Assembly (NCBI GenBank): GCA_036491125.1
Contig: DASXCO010000059.1
Location: 4,981 to 68,980, forward strand
Length of the DNA: 64,000 nt
Direction of reading: 5' to 3'
Source: Acidimicrobiales bacterium
GTDB taxonomy: Bacteria > Actinomycetota > Acidimicrobiia > Acidimicrobiales > AC-9
Part shown: positions 19,201 through 28,963 of the stretch, in pieces
Layout: each line of letters opens with the position of its first letter
How positions within the stretch are numbered: the first letter of the stretch is position 1
Made by a program: the position numbers and the translations under genes
Notes under the pieces: model-generated
What the model was told of the DNA's origin: nothing
Seen by the model: only the letters and a program-made list of their open reading frames with translations
Databases searched by the model: none

Positions 19201-19582
19201 CCTCGGCGGTGTGGATGGCCTCGGCGCTGGCGCCGATCAGCTCGACACCGAAGCGCTCGAGCACCCCCCGTTCGACGAGGCCCACGGCCAGGTTGAGCGC
19301 CGTCTGGCCACCCAGGGTGCCGAGGACGGCGTCGGGGCGCTCGCGCTCGATGATCGCGGCCAGCACGTCGACGTCCAGCGGCTCCACGTACGTGCGGTCG
19401 GCGAACTCCGGATCGGTCATGATCGTGGCCGGGTTCGAATTGGCCAGCACGACCCGGTAGCCCTCTTCGACAAGGACGCGACAGGCCTGGGTGCCCGAGT
19501 AGTCGAACTCGCACGCCTGGCCGATGACGATGGGACCCGACCCGATGACGAGGATGGACGACAGATCGTCGCGACGGGGCAT
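16238..19582 (-). CDS. carB: Carbamoyl-phosphate synthase large subunit
   Basis: 1114 aa. [30 protein letters not shown] and duplicated ATP-grasp halves. Confidence 0.98.
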   Translation of the reverse strand: MPRRDDLSSILVIGSGPIVIGQACEFDYSGTQACRVLVEEGYRVVLANSNPATIMTDPEFADRTYVEPLDVDVLAAIIERERPDAVLGTLGGQTALNLAVGLVERGVLERFGVELIGASAEAIHTAEDRERFKAAMTEIGLSVPPSGFAYNFEEALGVAQEIGFPLIVRPSFILGGAGTGIAHDPDSFRALARTALATSPISEILIERSIAGWKEYELEVMRDRVDNCVVVCSIENLDPMGVHTGDSITVAPIQTLADVEYQRMRDAAFACIRRIGVETGGSNIQFAVDPERGDMVVIEMNPRVSRSSALASKATGFPIAKIAARLAVGYTLDEIANDITRETPASFEPTIDYVVTKVPRWAFEKFPGIPDALGASMQSVGEAMAIGRTFPESLQKALRSLEHGRWGLNCDPGETALDSLSDDELVRRASVATPDRPFQLEAALRRGIGGDRLASATGVDHWFLGQIGRIVDERERLAGGNVRDMSRSDWRRAKRLGFGDAQLARLLVSTEDAVRRARLAAGVRPTFKTVDTCGAEFEAATPYHYSTYEDEDEVRPSRRPTVIVLGSGPNRIGQGIEFDYCCVQASFALRQAGYETVMVNSNPETVSTDYDTSDRLYFEPVGEEEVRNVIDAEHSAAEAGGRVVGVIVGLGGQTPLKLAGRLPRHLVLGTSPDAIDLAEDRERWSALCARLEIPQPAGATATSVDEALAVLGRIGYPALLRPSYVLGGRAMEIVYDEPGLRQAMAALAPFGGTGAAGSLGREGGLSAERPVLVDRFLEDAIEVDVDAVRDRVGETVIGAVMEHVEEAGVHSGDSACVIPPPTLPASTLEVIESYTRAIADALDVRGPINVQYAVKQGQVFVIEANPRASRTVPFVAKATGVPLAKVAARVILGATLAELRAEGMLGSPGGGDRVSVKEAVLPFGRFPDVDTLLGPEMRSTGEVMGVDRTFGLAFAKSQMAAGARLPDAGAVFLSLADRDKSTGLGAAVRFVELGFSLAATGGTAAYLEEHGVPVETVVAKVGEARRRGDDEGVDAIELIASGKVKLVVNTPRGRGPRADGAHIRTAASVHGVPCLTTVAAARAAAAGIADWAGHPLTVRSLQELHQGDQLRLPL

Positions 19583-20655
19583 CAGCGCGCCCCCTCCATG
19601 AGGAGGCGGAACTCCTCGAACAGGTAACCGGCGTCGTGCGGCCCCGGACCTGCCTCTGGGTGGTACTGCACTCCGAAGGCGGCCACGTCCCGGCTGCGCA
19701 GTCCCTCGACGACCCCGTCGTTGAGGTTGACGTGGGTGACGTCGGCACCCGAGACGGAGCCGTCGGCCACCGCGTAGTTGTGGTTCTGGCTCGTGATCTC
19801 GACCGCCTCGGACTCGATGCGGCGCACGGGGTGGTTGCCGCCGTGATGCCCGAAGGCCATCTTGTACGTCTTCCCGCCCAGGGCGGTGGCAAGCAGCTGA
19901 TGACCGAGGCAGATGCCGAACACCGGTACCTGCCCGAGGAGCGCGGCGATGGTGTCGACCGCGTAGCCGAGCGCCGCCGGATCCCCCGGCCCGTTCGAGA
20001 CCAGGACGCCGTCGGGCCGGTCGGCCAGCACCTCCTCGGCCGGGGTCGTGGCCGGGACCACGTCCACGCGGGCCATGGTCCCGAGGCGGCGGAGCATGGC
20101 CCGCTTGACGCCGAAGTCGTAGGCCACGACGCGCAGCGGCCCGTCACCGACGCGATAGGGCCGGGGGGTGCTCACCGCAGTCGCCAGATCGACGCCCTCG
20201 GTGCCGGGCTCGGCCTTCGCCGCCGCCAACAGCGTCTGCTCGTCGGCCGGGCCGAAGGCGCACGGCAGCGCGCCGGCCTCTCGGATGTGGCGCGTGAGCC
20301 GCCGGGTGTCGACGCCGGCGATCCCGGGGACGCCGTGCCGCTGCAGGAAGTCGCCCAGGCTTTCGACGGAGCGCCAGCTGCTGGGCCGGGATGCCAGGTC
20401 GCGCACGACGATGCCTCGGCACCACGGCCGCCGGCTCTCGTCGTCGTCGGGAGTCACGCCGTAGTTGCCGATGTGGGGATAGGTGAAGGCGATCACCTGA
20501 CCGGCGTACGAAGGGTCTGTGATGACCTCCTGGTAGCCGCTCATGACGGTGTTGAACACCACCTCGCCGGTCGCCACGCCGTCCGGCAGGGCAGCGCCGA
20601 TGGCCTCGCCCTCGAACACGGCGCCGTCGGCCAGCACGAGAAGGGCGTCGCTCAC
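19582..20655 (-). CDS. carA: Carbamoyl-phosphate synthase small (glutaminase) subunit
   Basis: Motifs GICLGHQLL and [13 protein letters not shown]. The GTG at 20655 overlaps the pyrC TGA (GTGA). The ORF-track N-terminus is a spurious extension into pyrC. Confidence 0.95.
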   Translation of the reverse strand: MSDALLVLADGAVFEGEAIGAALPDGVATGEVVFNTVMSGYQEVITDPSYAGQVIAFTYPHIGNYGVTPDDDESRRPWCRGIVVRDLASRPSSWRSVESLGDFLQRHGVPGIAGVDTRRLTRHIREAGALPCAFGPADEQTLLAAAKAEPGTEGVDLATAVSTPRPYRVGDGPLRVVAYDFGVKRAMLRRLGTMARVDVVPATTPAEEVLADRPDGVLVSNGPGDPAALGYAVDTIAALLGQVPVFGICLGHQLLATALGGKTYKMAFGHHGGNHPVRRIESEAVEITSQNHNYAVADGSVSGADVTHVNLNDGVVEGLRSRDVAAFGVQYHPEAGPGPHDAGYLFEEFRLLMEGAR

Positions 20656-21929
20656 CGCTGGGCCTCCCCATCCATGACCACGGGCTCGCCGTGGTACACG
20701 GTGTGGCGCACGCGCCCGGTAAGGCGGCGCCCGGCGAACGGCGTGTTGCGGCTCCGGCTGGCCATCGCGGCGGGGTCCACGACCCAGGTGGCGCGCGGGT
20801 CGATCACACACAGGTTGGCCGACGCCCCCGTCACCACGGGGCCGCCGTGCTCGGTCGAGAGTCCGGCGATCCGGGCCGGCCGCCAGGACAGCAGGGCGAG
20901 GATGGCCCCGATGGGCATGCAGTCCTCGAGCTCGGTCAGGGCCACCGCCAGGGCCGTCTCCAGGCCGATCATGCCCGGCGGGGCGGCGTCGAAGGGAGCC
21001 TCCTTGGCCTCCTGGGGGTGGGGGGCGTGGTCGGTGGCGATGGCGTCGAGGGCGCCACTGGCGAGCCCGGCGCGCACCGCGGCCACGTCCGAAGGGCCGC
21101 GCAGCGGCGGGTTCACCTTGAACAACGGGTCGTAGCCGGCCAGCTCGGCGTCGGTCAGGCAGAGGTGGTGAGGGGCCGCCTCGGCCGAGACGGGCAGGCC
21201 CTCCGCCTTGGCCGCCTCCACCATCGCCACCGAGGCGGCAGTGGACAGATGGAGGAAATGCATGCGGCCACCGGTGAGCCGGGCCAGGCTGATGTCGCGA
21301 TGGACCATGAGCTCCTCGGCGGCGGCGGGGATGCCGGGCACGCCAAGGCGGCTGGACCATTCGCCCTCGTGCATCTGTCCGCCGGCAGCCAGCCTGGCCT
21401 CCTCGCAGTGCTGGGCCAGCACGACGTCGAGCGCCGAGGCGTACTCGAGGGCCCGCCGCATGAGCCGGGCGTCCTGCACGCCCGTACCGTCGTCGGTGAA
21501 GAGGCGCACGCCGAGGGCGGCCATCTCCGCCAACGGGGCGAGCCGCTCGCCGTCGCGGCCCACGGTGATGGCGCCGGCCACGGCGACGTCGGCCGCCGCC
21601 GTCGCCCCGAGATCGAGGACCTGACGAACCACGGCGACGGAGTCGATCGGCGGCTCGGTGTTGGGCATGGCGACCACGGCTGTGTAGCCGCCCAGGGCGG
21701 CGGCGCGGGCGCCGCTCTCGACCCGCTCGGCTTCCTCCCGGCCGGGCTCGCGCAGGTGGGTGTGGAGGTCCACCAGCCCCGGCGCCACGACGCAGCCGCC
21801 GGCGTCGAGCACCACGGCATCCGATGACGGCTCGAGCTGGGGTTCGACAGCCACGACGGCGCCGTCGGCCACGGCAACATCGACCCGCCGCTGGCCGGTC
21901 GCGTCGACCACCAGGCCCCCGCGGACCAC
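20652..21929 (-). CDS. pyrC: Dihydroorotase
   Basis: Motifs DLHTHLREPG and IATDHAPH. The start is the GTG at 21929, 5 nt after the pyrB stop. Confidence 0.93.
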   Translation of the reverse strand: MVRGGLVVDATGQRRVDVAVADGAVVAVEPQLEPSSDAVVLDAGGCVVAPGLVDLHTHLREPGREEAERVESGARAAALGGYTAVVAMPNTEPPIDSVAVVRQVLDLGATAAADVAVAGAITVGRDGERLAPLAEMAALGVRLFTDDGTGVQDARLMRRALEYASALDVVLAQHCEEARLAAGGQMHEGEWSSRLGVPGIPAAAEELMVHRDISLARLTGGRMHFLHLSTAASVAMVEAAKAEGLPVSAEAAPHHLCLTDAELAGYDPLFKVNPPLRGPSDVAAVRAGLASGALDAIATDHAPHPQEAKEAPFDAAPPGMIGLETALAVALTELEDCMPIGAILALLSWRPARIAGLSTEHGGPVVTGASANLCVIDPRATWVVDPAAMASRSRNTPFAGRRLTGRVRHTVYHGEPVVMDGEAQR

Positions 21930-21933
21930 GAGC

Positions 21934-22887
21934 TCACGCCCCAAGGTCCGCCCCCGAGCCCAGGAGCAGGAACAGCACCGCCATGCGGACGGCGACGCCA
22001 TTGGCGACCTGGCGAGTGACAAGGGAGTTGGGCAGGGCGGCCAGCTCGGCGGCGATCTCGACGCCGCGGTTCATCGGTCCGGGGTGCATGACGAGGGCCC
22101 GCTCGGTGAGCAGGCGGCCCCGCGCCCTGGTCAGCCCGTAGCCGGCGGTGTACTCCCGCACCGACGGAAGGAGCGACTCGGTGGCCCGCTCGGTCTGGAG
22201 CCGCAGCAGGTACACCACGTCGGACTTGGGCAGCACGGTGTCCAGATCGTGGCTCGCCACGACCGGCCATCCGGAGAGCGACGGGGGCAGCAGCGTCGGG
22301 GGTGCCACGACCGTGACCTCGGCGCCGAGCGCCGAGAAGGCGATGATGTTCGAGCGCGCCACCCGGCTGTGCTTCACGTCACCGACGATGGCGACGCGGA
22401 GGCCCTCGAAGGCCCGGTCGGACCCGAGGCTCTGACGGATCGTGTAACAGTCCAGGAGGGCTTGCGTGGGGTGCTCGTGCCACCCGTCCCCGGCGTTGAT
22501 CACCGCTGCCGATGCCCACGAGGCCACCTGCCAGGGCACGCCGGCGGAGGCGTGGCGGACCACGAGCGCATGCACGCCCATGGCGTCGATCGTCTCGACC
22601 GTGTCGCGGAGGGACTCGCCCTTGCTCAACGAGGACGACGACGCCGAGAAGTTCATGATGTCGGCCGAGAGCCGCCGGGCTGCGGTCTCGAACGACAGCC
22701 GGGTCCGGGTCGAGTCCTCGCAGAAGAGCGACACGACCGTCTTGCCCCGCAGCGCCGGCACCTTGGGGATGGCGCGCTGGCCGACCTCGACGAACGAGTC
22801 GGTGACCCGCATCACCTCCTCGATCCCGTCCCGGCCGAGATCGGCGACCGAGAGGAGATGGCGGGCGGTCGTCACCGGCCCAGTCAC
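21934..22887 (-). CDS. pyrB: Aspartate carbamoyltransferase catalytic subunit
   Basis: Motifs STRTRLSFE, HEHPTQALLD and HPGPMNRG. Confidence 0.95.
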   Translation of the reverse strand: MTGPVTTARHLLSVADLGRDGIEEVMRVTDSFVEVGQRAIPKVPALRGKTVVSLFCEDSTRTRLSFETAARRLSADIMNFSASSSSLSKGESLRDTVETIDAMGVHALVVRHASAGVPWQVASWASAAVINAGDGWHEHPTQALLDCYTIRQSLGSDRAFEGLRVAIVGDVKHSRVARSNIIAFSALGAEVTVVAPPTLLPPSLSGWPVVASHDLDTVLPKSDVVYLLRLQTERATESLLPSVREYTAGYGLTRARGRLLTERALVMHPGPMNRGVEIAAELAALPNSLVTRQVANGVAVRMAVLFLLLGSGADLGA

Positions 22888-23387
22888 CGGCCCACCAGGT
22901 CCCCGATGACCACGCCCTCGTCGCTCACGTCGACGAGCTCGTCACGACGGGTGGGAAGGTTCTTGCCGACGTAGTCGGGGCGGATGGGCAGCTCGCGATG
23001 GCCCCGGTCGACCATCACTGCCAGCTGCACGGCCCGAGCCCGGCCGTAGTCGTTCAGCGCGTTCAGCGCGGCCCGGACGGTGCGCCCCGTGAAGAGGACG
23101 TCGTCGACCATCACGACGACCCGGCCCGACACCTCGAAGTCGATGCTCGTCACCGCCTCGGGCAGCACCGGGCGCAGCCCGATGTCGTCGCGGTAGAAGG
23201 CCACGTCGAGACTGCCCATCGGCACCGCGGTCCCCTGGATCTCCTCGAGGATGGCAGCCAGCCGGCGGGCCAGCGGCGCCCCACCGGTCTGGAGCCCGAT
23301 GAGGGCAACGCGCTCGAGGCCCCGGTTGCGCTCGATGACCTCGTGGGCGATGCGCGTCAGCGCCCGATGCACGTCGGCCGCCGTCAT
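22884..23387 (-). CDS. pyrR: Bifunctional pyrimidine operon regulator / uracil phosphoribosyltransferase
   Basis: PRPP-binding motif VVMVDDVLFTGRTVRAAL. The start was moved to the ATG at 23387 (or the GTG at 23390), because the ORF-track TTG at 23453 would translate through an intrinsic terminator. Confidence 0.9.
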   Translation of the reverse strand: MTAADVHRALTRIAHEVIERNRGLERVALIGLQTGGAPLARRLAAILEEIQGTAVPMGSLDVAFYRDDIGLRPVLPEAVTSIDFEVSGRVVVMVDDVLFTGRTVRAALNALNDYGRARAVQLAVMVDRGHRELPIRPDYVGKNLPTRRDELVDVSDEGVVIGDLVGR

Positions 23388-23400
23388 CACCTGGGCCCGG

Positions 23401-23430
23401 GCAACAAAAACGCCCCTCCTGGGGGGCGTC
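23401..23430 (-). terminator. Intrinsic terminator / attenuator hairpin with a U-tract, between nusB and pyrR
   Basis: The minus-strand RNA reads GACGCCCC-CCAGGA-GGGGCGUU-UUUGUUGC. This is the only canonical U-tailed terminator I saw in the window. It ends 14 nt upstream of the pyrR ATG. Confidence 0.6.
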
Positions 23431-23468
23431 AGATGCCGCTCTCGCTCGGCCAAGGGCCTTCCTCCACT

Positions 23469-23492
23469 GTCCGTGCGGGCCTCACGGGACCC
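23469..23492 (-). promoter_or_regulatory. Candidate PyrR-binding stem-loop in the pyr leader
   Basis: The RNA GGGUCCCGUGAGGCCCGCACGGAC contains UCCCGUGAGG, close to the PyrR binding-loop core (UCCAGAGAGG) known from Bacillus and the Rfam PyrR element. It folds as GUCC(C)GUG-AGGCCCG-CACGGAC. Confidence 0.45.
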
Positions 23493-23517
23493 ACTTCACG
23501 GTCAGAACGGGAGCTTA

Positions 23518-23928
23518 TCAGTCGGAGGTTGTCGACGGACGAGTCTCGGCGGCGATGCTCGCCAGCATGCCGTTGACGAACCGCCCCGACTCGTCGGTGG
23601 AGTACCGCTTGGCCAACTCGACCGCCTCGGAGATCACCGCTCCCAGTGGCACGTCGGGCCGCTCGAGCAGCTCGTAGGCTCCGAGGCGCAGGATGTTGCG
23701 ATCGACGGCGGGCATCCGCTCGAGCGTCCAGTCGATGGCGTGCCGGCTGATGAGCTCGTCGATGCGGTCGCGGTTGCCGTCCACACCGGTCACCAGGTCC
23801 ACGACGAACGGCTCGGGAGACACGGGGAGCTGGGCCAGGAGCGCGGGGGCGCGCAGGTCCTTGGCCTCGGCCTCGTAGAGGAGCGACAAGGCCCGCTCGC
23901 GCTCCGCGCGGCGGGTGCCGACACTCAT
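23518..23928 (-). CDS. nusB: Transcription antitermination factor NusB
   Basis: Motif MSVGTRRAERERALSLLYEAEAK. The start was set to the ATG at 23928, because the longer ORF overlaps efp. Confidence 0.9.
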   Translation of the reverse strand: MSVGTRRAERERALSLLYEAEAKDLRAPALLAQLPVSPEPFVVDLVTGVDGNRDRIDELISRHAIDWTLERMPAVDRNILRLGAYELLERPDVPLGAVISEAVELAKRYSTDESGRFVNGMLASIAAETRPSTTSD

Positions 23929-23935
23929 TGCACGG

Positions 23936-24499
23936 CTACTGGGCTCGGGTGAGGTACTCGCCGGAGCGGGTGTCGACCTTGACACGGTCGCCGGGGTTGA
24001 CGAACAGGGGCACCGAGATGACGATCCCCGTCTCGAGCGTCGCCGGCTTGCGCGCTCCCGAGACCCGGTCACCCTGCAGGCCCGGGTCGGTCTCGGACAC
24101 CGTCAGCTCGACCGCCGCCGGCAGGTCGACCCCGACGATCTCGCCGTCGTAGAGCGAGAGGACCGCCGAGTCCCCCTCCTTGATGAAGCGGGCCGAGTCA
24201 CCCAGGGCAGGCGCCTCCACATGGAGCTGATCGTAGGAGGCGGTGTCCATGAACACGTACTGCTCGCCGTCGCGGTACAGGTACTGCATCTCGCGCTTGT
24301 CGATGACCGCCTGCTCGACCTTCTCGTCGGCGCGGAAGCTCCGCTCCAGCACCGCCCCGGTGCGAACGTTCTTCAGCTTGGTCCGCACGAACGCGCCGCC
24401 TTTCCCCGGCTTCACGTGCTGGAACTCGACCACAGAGAACAGCCCCTCGGAGAGGTCGAGGGTCATGCCGTTCTTGAGGTCGTTGGTCGATACGGTCAT
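23936..24499 (-). CDS. efp: Elongation factor P
   Basis: Motifs [16 protein letters not shown] and [17 protein letters not shown]. The ATG at 24499 overlaps the pepQ TGA (ATGA). Confidence 0.95.
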   Translation of the reverse strand: MTVSTNDLKNGMTLDLSEGLFSVVEFQHVKPGKGGAFVRTKLKNVRTGAVLERSFRADEKVEQAVIDKREMQYLYRDGEQYVFMDTASYDQLHVEAPALGDSARFIKEGDSAVLSLYDGEIVGVDLPAAVELTVSETDPGLQGDRVSGARKPATLETGIVISVPLFVNPGDRVKVDTRSGEYLTRAQ

Positions 24500-25593
24500 G
24501 TGGCGATGAGATCCTTGGGCGCCTTGGTCAGTGCTCGGCACCCATCGGGGGTGACGACGACGGTGTCCTCGATGCGGACCCCGCCCGTCTCGGGCAGGTA
24601 CACGCCGGGCTCGACGGTGACGACCGAGGACGCTTCGAGGGTATCAGTGGACGTCGACGCGACCCACGGAGCCTCGTGGATGTCGAGCCCGACGCCGTGG
24701 CCGGTCGAGTGCAGGAAGGCATCGGCCCAACCGGCCTCGGCGATCACGTCCCGACAGGCCTCGTCGACCTCGGCGCACGACGCGCCCGCCCGCACCGCCT
24801 GCACCCCCGCGGCCTGGCTGGCGGCCACGACCTCGACCATGCGGCCGGCGACGCCTGACCCGAGGTCCCCCACCCACAGCGTCCTCGTCATGTCCGAGCA
24901 GTAGCCGTCGACGATGGCGCCGAAGTCGATCACCACCAGCTCGCCCTCGTCGATCGGCCGGGGCGAGGGCCGGGCGTGCGGCTTGGCGCCGTTGGGCCCG
25001 GCGGCCACGATCGTGTCGAAGGAGCTGCCGGCAGCGCCGAGACGGCGCATGGCGAAGTCGAGCTCCAGCGCCAGGTCGGCCTCGGTCACCCGCTCCGGCA
25101 GCAGGCGCCTCACCTCCGCCAGGGCGGCGTCGGCGATGTCGGCCGCCGCCTCCATGCGGGCCAGCTCTCCGGGGTCCTTCACCCGGCGGAAGCCCTCCAC
25201 CACGCCCTCGGTCGGCACCAGCTCGGCCTCGGTGAACACCTCGGCGCCGAACCGGCGCTGCCGGGACCAGGTGACGTCGGTCGCCTCGAGTCCCACCCGC
25301 CCCAGCCCCCGAGCGCCGGAGGCGAGGGCCTCCAGCTGGCCCGCCACCCCCCCGATCTCGATGCGGGCGTCCACTGCCGCGGCGGCCAGCTGCTCGTGGG
25401 ACTGGGTCTGGTACCGGCCGTCGGTGACCAGGACGGCGTCTCCCGGCGTGACGAGGAGGATGCCGGCCGAGCCGGTGAAGCCGGTCAGGTACCCGAGGTT
25501 GGAAAGGTTCGTGACGACCAGCGCGTCGCAACCGGCGTCGACGAGCCGCTCCCGCAGCCGGGGAAGGCGGGCGGCCACGTCCATCGCAGGCAT
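24496..25593 (-). CDS. pepQ: Xaa-Pro aminopeptidase / dipeptidase (M24B)
   Basis: Motifs [32 protein letters not shown] and VEPGVY. The start is uncertain: candidate ATGs at 25593 or 25584, against the ORF-track 25680, which overlaps aroQ. Confidence 0.85.
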   Translation of the reverse strand: MPAMDVAARLPRLRERLVDAGCDALVVTNLSNLGYLTGFTGSAGILLVTPGDAVLVTDGRYQTQSHEQLAAAAVDARIEIGGVAGQLEALASGARGLGRVGLEATDVTWSRQRRFGAEVFTEAELVPTEGVVEGFRRVKDPGELARMEAAADIADAALAEVRRLLPERVTEADLALELDFAMRRLGAAGSSFDTIVAAGPNGAKPHARPSPRPIDEGELVVIDFGAIVDGYCSDMTRTLWVGDLGSGVAGRMVEVVAASQAAGVQAVRAGASCAEVDEACRDVIAEAGWADAFLHSTGHGVGLDIHEAPWVASTSTDTLEASSVVTVEPGVYLPETGGVRIEDTVVVTPDGCRALTKAPKDLIAT

Positions 25594-25663
25594 GGCGGCG
25601 GTATCGGTCGTCACGCGCTTCCACCTCTCGTCGAACACGACTCCGACTCTAGGCGCGGCCCCG

Positions 25664-26128
25664 TCATCCGGCACCGGCATGGGAACGGGCGGCCAGGATC
25701 CGGGCCACGGCGTCGACCGCGAGCTCGTAGCCGAGCCCGCCGAAACCGACGATGGAGCCGTCGGCGACAGGCGCCACGACCGAGACGTGGCGCCAGGACT
25801 CCCGGGCGTTGGGATTCGACAGGTGCAGCTCGACGACCACCCCGTCGAAGCTGGCCAGCGCGTCGTGCAACGACCAGGCGTAGTGGGTCAGGGCGCCGGC
25901 GTTGATGACGATCGCCTCAGCCCGGCCTCGCGCCTCGTGGACGGCGTCGACGAGCACACCCTCGTGGTTGGACTGGGTGTGCTCCAGGACCAGTCCGTGG
26001 CGCTTCGCCGCGGCCTCGGCTGTGCCGACGTGCTCGGCCAGTGTGGCCGATCCGTAGACCTCGGGTTGGCGCTGACCGAGCAGGTCGAGGTTGGGCCCCG
26101 ACAGCAAGACGACAAGGGGCGTCGTCAT
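25664..26128 (-). CDS. aroQ: 3-dehydroquinate dehydratase, type II
   Basis: Motifs LSGPNLDLLGQR and HLSNPNARE. Confidence 0.92.
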   Translation of the reverse strand: MTTPLVVLLSGPNLDLLGQRQPEVYGSATLAEHVGTAEAAAKRHGLVLEHTQSNHEGVLVDAVHEARGRAEAIVINAGALTHYAWSLHDALASFDGVVVELHLSNPNARESWRHVSVVAPVADGSIVGFGGLGYELAVDAVARILAARSHAGAG

Positions 26129-27156
26129 CGCGCCCCGCCCCCCACCTTGTCCATGCCGGCCAGGGCCGCACGCACATCGGAGCGCTCCACGCCCCGGACG
26201 ACCTCGAGGCCGCGTACGCCGTCGAGGACGAAGGTCAAGCCGCTGGTGGCCTTCTTGTCCCTCGCCATGAGGTCGATCAGCCGGCTCGCGTCAGCCCCGG
26301 CGGGGAGCTCGGCCGGGAGGCCGTACCCCTCCACCACCCGCCGGTGGTCGGCCACCCGCTCGTCGTCGATCCTCCCCAGCCGGCGCGCCAGCAGGGCGGC
26401 GAAGACCAGTCCTATGCCGACGGCCTCACCGTGGCGGAGATCCGCCCCGATGTCGAGGGCGAGCGCCTCGAGCGCATGGGCCAGGGTGTGGCCGTAGTTG
26501 AGCACGGCTCGGCCGCCCGCTTCCTTCTCGTCTGCTGCGACGACCTCGGCCTTGATCTCCACGCAGCGGGCCACGCGCTCGGCGAGGGGCAGGTCGGCGA
26601 GCCCCTCGGCGCCGAGGAACGAGTACTTGGCCATCTCACCGAGCCCGCTCTGGTATTCACGCGGGGGAAGCGACTCGAGCACCTCGGTGTCGCACAGGAC
26701 GGCGGCGGGCTGCCAGAAGGCGCCGACCAGGTTCTTGCCCTCGGGGATGTTCACACCGGTCTTGCCGCCGATGGCGGCGTCCACCTGAGCCAGCAGGGTC
26801 GTGGCCACGTGCACCACGGGGACGCCGCGGTGGTAGGTCGCGGCGGCGAAGCCGGCCACGTCGGTGACCACCCCGCCGCCGACGGCCACGACGACATCGG
26901 CGCGCGTGAGCCCCCAACGGGCGAAGCCCCGACACAGCTCCTCGACGGTGGCGAGGCTCTTGGCCCGCTCCCCCTCTCCGATCAGGAACGACCGCCACTC
27001 CACACCAGGATCGACGGCCACGTCGACGTCCGCCTGGGTGACCACCGCAGCCCGGGCGACACCGGCAGGGAGGACCTCGAGCAGTCGGTGACGCGCGCCG
27101 TGACCGACCAGCACCTCGTAGGACCGGTCCCCGAGGGCGACCGGGATGCGGATCAC
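26125..27156 (-). CDS. aroB: 3-dehydroquinate synthase
   Basis: Motifs GGGVVTDVAGFAAATY and NYGHTLAHALE. The GTG at 27156 overlaps the aroK TGA (GTGA). Confidence 0.93.
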   Translation of the reverse strand: MIRIPVALGDRSYEVLVGHGARHRLLEVLPAGVARAAVVTQADVDVAVDPGVEWRSFLIGEGERAKSLATVEELCRGFARWGLTRADVVVAVGGGVVTDVAGFAAATYHRGVPVVHVATTLLAQVDAAIGGKTGVNIPEGKNLVGAFWQPAAVLCDTEVLESLPPREYQSGLGEMAKYSFLGAEGLADLPLAERVARCVEIKAEVVAADEKEAGGRAVLNYGHTLAHALEALALDIGADLRHGEAVGIGLVFAALLARRLGRIDDERVADHRRVVEGYGLPAELPAGADASRLIDLMARDKKATSGLTFVLDGVRGLEVVRGVERSDVRAALAGMDKVGGGAR

Positions 27157-27683
27157 GGACGCGTGTCCAGCGACAGGGCGGCCAGCACCCGCTCGGCCAC
27201 GGTCCGGGCGTCGACGCCATCGACGTCCACGACGACGTCGGCCAGCTCCTGGTAGACGGGGCGCCGCTCGGCGTACAAGCGGCGGATCGCGTCGGCGGGG
27301 TCGTCGCCGAGCAACGGTCGCCCGGCACCGTCGCCGACCCGCTTGGCCAGCGTCTCCACCCGGGCCCGCAGCCAGACGACCACACCACCGCGGCGCAGCA
27401 CCTGGCGGTTGTCGGGATCGAGGACGGCGCCGCCCGCCACCGACACCACCGTCGGCGTGTCCGCGGCAGCGGCGGCGGCCAGGGCGTGCGCCTCGGCCGC
27501 TCGAAAGGCAGGCTCGCCCCGCCGGGCGAAGATCTCGGGAACGGTCTGCCCGGTGTCCCTGCCGACCTGCTCGTCGCTGTCGAGATGACGCCATCCCAAC
27601 CGCTCTGCGAGGAGCCGACCGATCGTCGTCTTCCCGGATCCCATCATCCCCACGACGAAGACGTGCTCAGCCATCCCCGGCAC
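27153..27683 (-). CDS. aroK: Shikimate kinase
   Basis: Walker A motif [14 protein letters not shown]. An alternative ATG lies at 27674. Confidence 0.9.
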   Translation of the reverse strand: MPGMAEHVFVVGMMGSGKTTIGRLLAERLGWRHLDSDEQVGRDTGQTVPEIFARRGEPAFRAAEAHALAAAAAADTPTVVSVAGGAVLDPDNRQVLRRGGVVVWLRARVETLAKRVGDGAGRPLLGDDPADAIRRLYAERRPVYQELADVVVDVDGVDARTVAERVLAALSLDTRP

Positions 27684-28854
27684 CGACCTCCGACACTGAC
27701 TCCCCCAGGCTGGCCACGTAGGCGTCCCGGTTGCGCCGCACCTCGTCCAGCGAGTCGCCGCCGAACTTCCGCAGGGCCTCCGCCGCCAAGGTCAGCGCCA
27801 CCATGGTCTCGGCCACCACGCCCATGGCGGGCACCGCGGTGACGTCGGTGCGCTCCTTGAACGACAGCGTCTCTTCCTTCGAGACGACGTCGACGGTCTT
27901 GAGCACGGGCCGGTTGAGCGTGGCCAGCGGCTTCATGGCCACCCTGGCCACGAGGAGACCGCCGGTGGACATGCCGCCTTCCACTCCGCCGGCCCGGGTG
28001 GTCTCGCGTCTATAGGCGCCCGCATCGGCATCCCAGGAGATGGCGTCGTGCGCCTCCGAGCCGCGGCGGCCCGCCAGGTCGGCGCCGTCCCCGAGGCCGA
28101 CGGACTTGACCGCCTGGATGCTCATGAGCGCCTGAGCCAGGAGACCGTCGAGCTTGCGGTCCCAGTGGACATGGCTCCCGAGCCCGACGGGGACGCCGTA
28201 CGCGAGGATCTCGGCCTCACCCCCCAGCGAGTCGCCGACTTTGGCCGCCGCCTTGACCTCGGCCACCATGGCCTGCTCGACCTCGGGATCGAAGCACCGC
28301 AGCGGTGAGGCGTCGATGCGTGGAAGATCACCGGGCTCGGGGCGGGCGCCGGCTCCCGCCTCCACCGACCCGACGGCCACCACGTGGCTGAGGACCTCGA
28401 CGCCGAGCTGGGCCAGCAACGCCTTGGCGCAGGTGCCGGCGGCGACACGGGCGGCCGTCTCGCGCGCCGACGCTCGTTCGAGGACATCGCGGGCGTCGTC
28501 GAAGCCGTACTTCTGCATGCCGGCCAGGTCGGCATGGCCGGGCCTGGGTTGGGTCAGCACCCTCGACGGCGCGCCCGGTGCAGGCGACATCTCCTCCGAC
28601 CACTTCGGCCACTCCGTGTTGGCGATCACGATGGCCACGGGCGACCCCAGCGTCCGACCGTGGCGGATGCCCCCGAGCAGGGTCACCTCGTCCGCCTCGA
28701 ACCGCATCCGGGGGCCCCGGCCGTACCCGAGCCGTCGCCGGGCCAGCTCGCCCTGCACCTCTTCCACGGTGATGGGCAAGCCGGCCGGAAGCCCCTCGAC
28801 GACGACGACGAGCGCCTGTCCATGGGACTCACCAGCGGTGAGGAAGCGCAGCAC
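27667..28854 (-). CDS. aroC: Chorismate synthase
   Basis: N-terminus (V)[14 protein letters not shown]. The start was set to the GTG at 28854 (a TTG at 28863 is also possible). The ORF-track N-terminus runs through a 10-bp repeat and is spurious. Confidence 0.95.
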   Translation of the reverse strand: MLRFLTAGESHGQALVVVVEGLPAGLPITVEEVQGELARRRLGYGRGPRMRFEADEVTLLGGIRHGRTLGSPVAIVIANTEWPKWSEEMSPAPGAPSRVLTQPRPGHADLAGMQKYGFDDARDVLERASARETAARVAAGTCAKALLAQLGVEVLSHVVAVGSVEAGAGARPEPGDLPRIDASPLRCFDPEVEQAMVAEVKAAAKVGDSLGGEAEILAYGVPVGLGSHVHWDRKLDGLLAQALMSIQAVKSVGLGDGADLAGRRGSEAHDAISWDADAGAYRRETTRAGGVEGGMSTGGLLVARVAMKPLATLNRPVLKTVDVVSKEETLSFKERTDVTAVPAMGVVAETMVALTLAAEALRKFGGDSLDEVRRNRDAYVASLGESVSEVGAGDG

Positions 28855-28920
28855 GAAGTCCAATGTACCGGCGGGTCCCCACGATCGGCCGTGCTGCTGT
28901 GCGGCTTTGGCGCCCCGGGC

Positions 28921-28960
28921 TGGGCCGTGCTGGGCCGTGCTGGGCCGTGCTGGGCCGTGG
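28921..28960. repeat. 10-bp tandem repeat, four copies (tgggccgtgc)
   Basis: tgggccgtgc x3 plus tgggccgtgg, with a degenerate extra copy (ggccgtgc) at 28887-28894. It lies in the non-coding gap between the peptidase stop (28964) and the aroC start. Confidence 0.9.
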
Positions 28961-28963
28961 CGG

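Noticed and set aside
19431-19440. gggttcgaat, a tRNA T-arm-like string
   Set aside because: It lies inside carB coding sequence and no cloverleaf can be built around it. No tRNA genes were found in any intergenic gap; all gaps are under 190 nt.
17153-19627. Very long antisense ORFs, such as 17153-19627(+), 2281-3546(+), 10980-12653(+), 28154-30301(+), 38727-40580(+), 45563-47227(+), 50831-53014(-) and 58739-60421(+)
   Set aside because: These are typical high-GC shadow ORFs opposite well-supported genes (carB, ribBA, metK, aroC/dac, ftsH, putA, the DUF255 protein, dnaE). Their translations are Arg/Gly/Pro/Ala-rich with no motifs.
20656-21360. Long N-terminal extensions in ORF-track entries, such as the 592-aa carA ORF and similar cases for priA, aroB, aroC, nusB, efp, pyrC, hisG, fmt, the putative lipoprotein and rrf2
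   Set aside because: The extensions overlap the upstream gene in another frame and are compositionally non-protein-like. Conserved N-termini begin at internal GTG or ATG codons that form 1-4 nt coupling overlaps.
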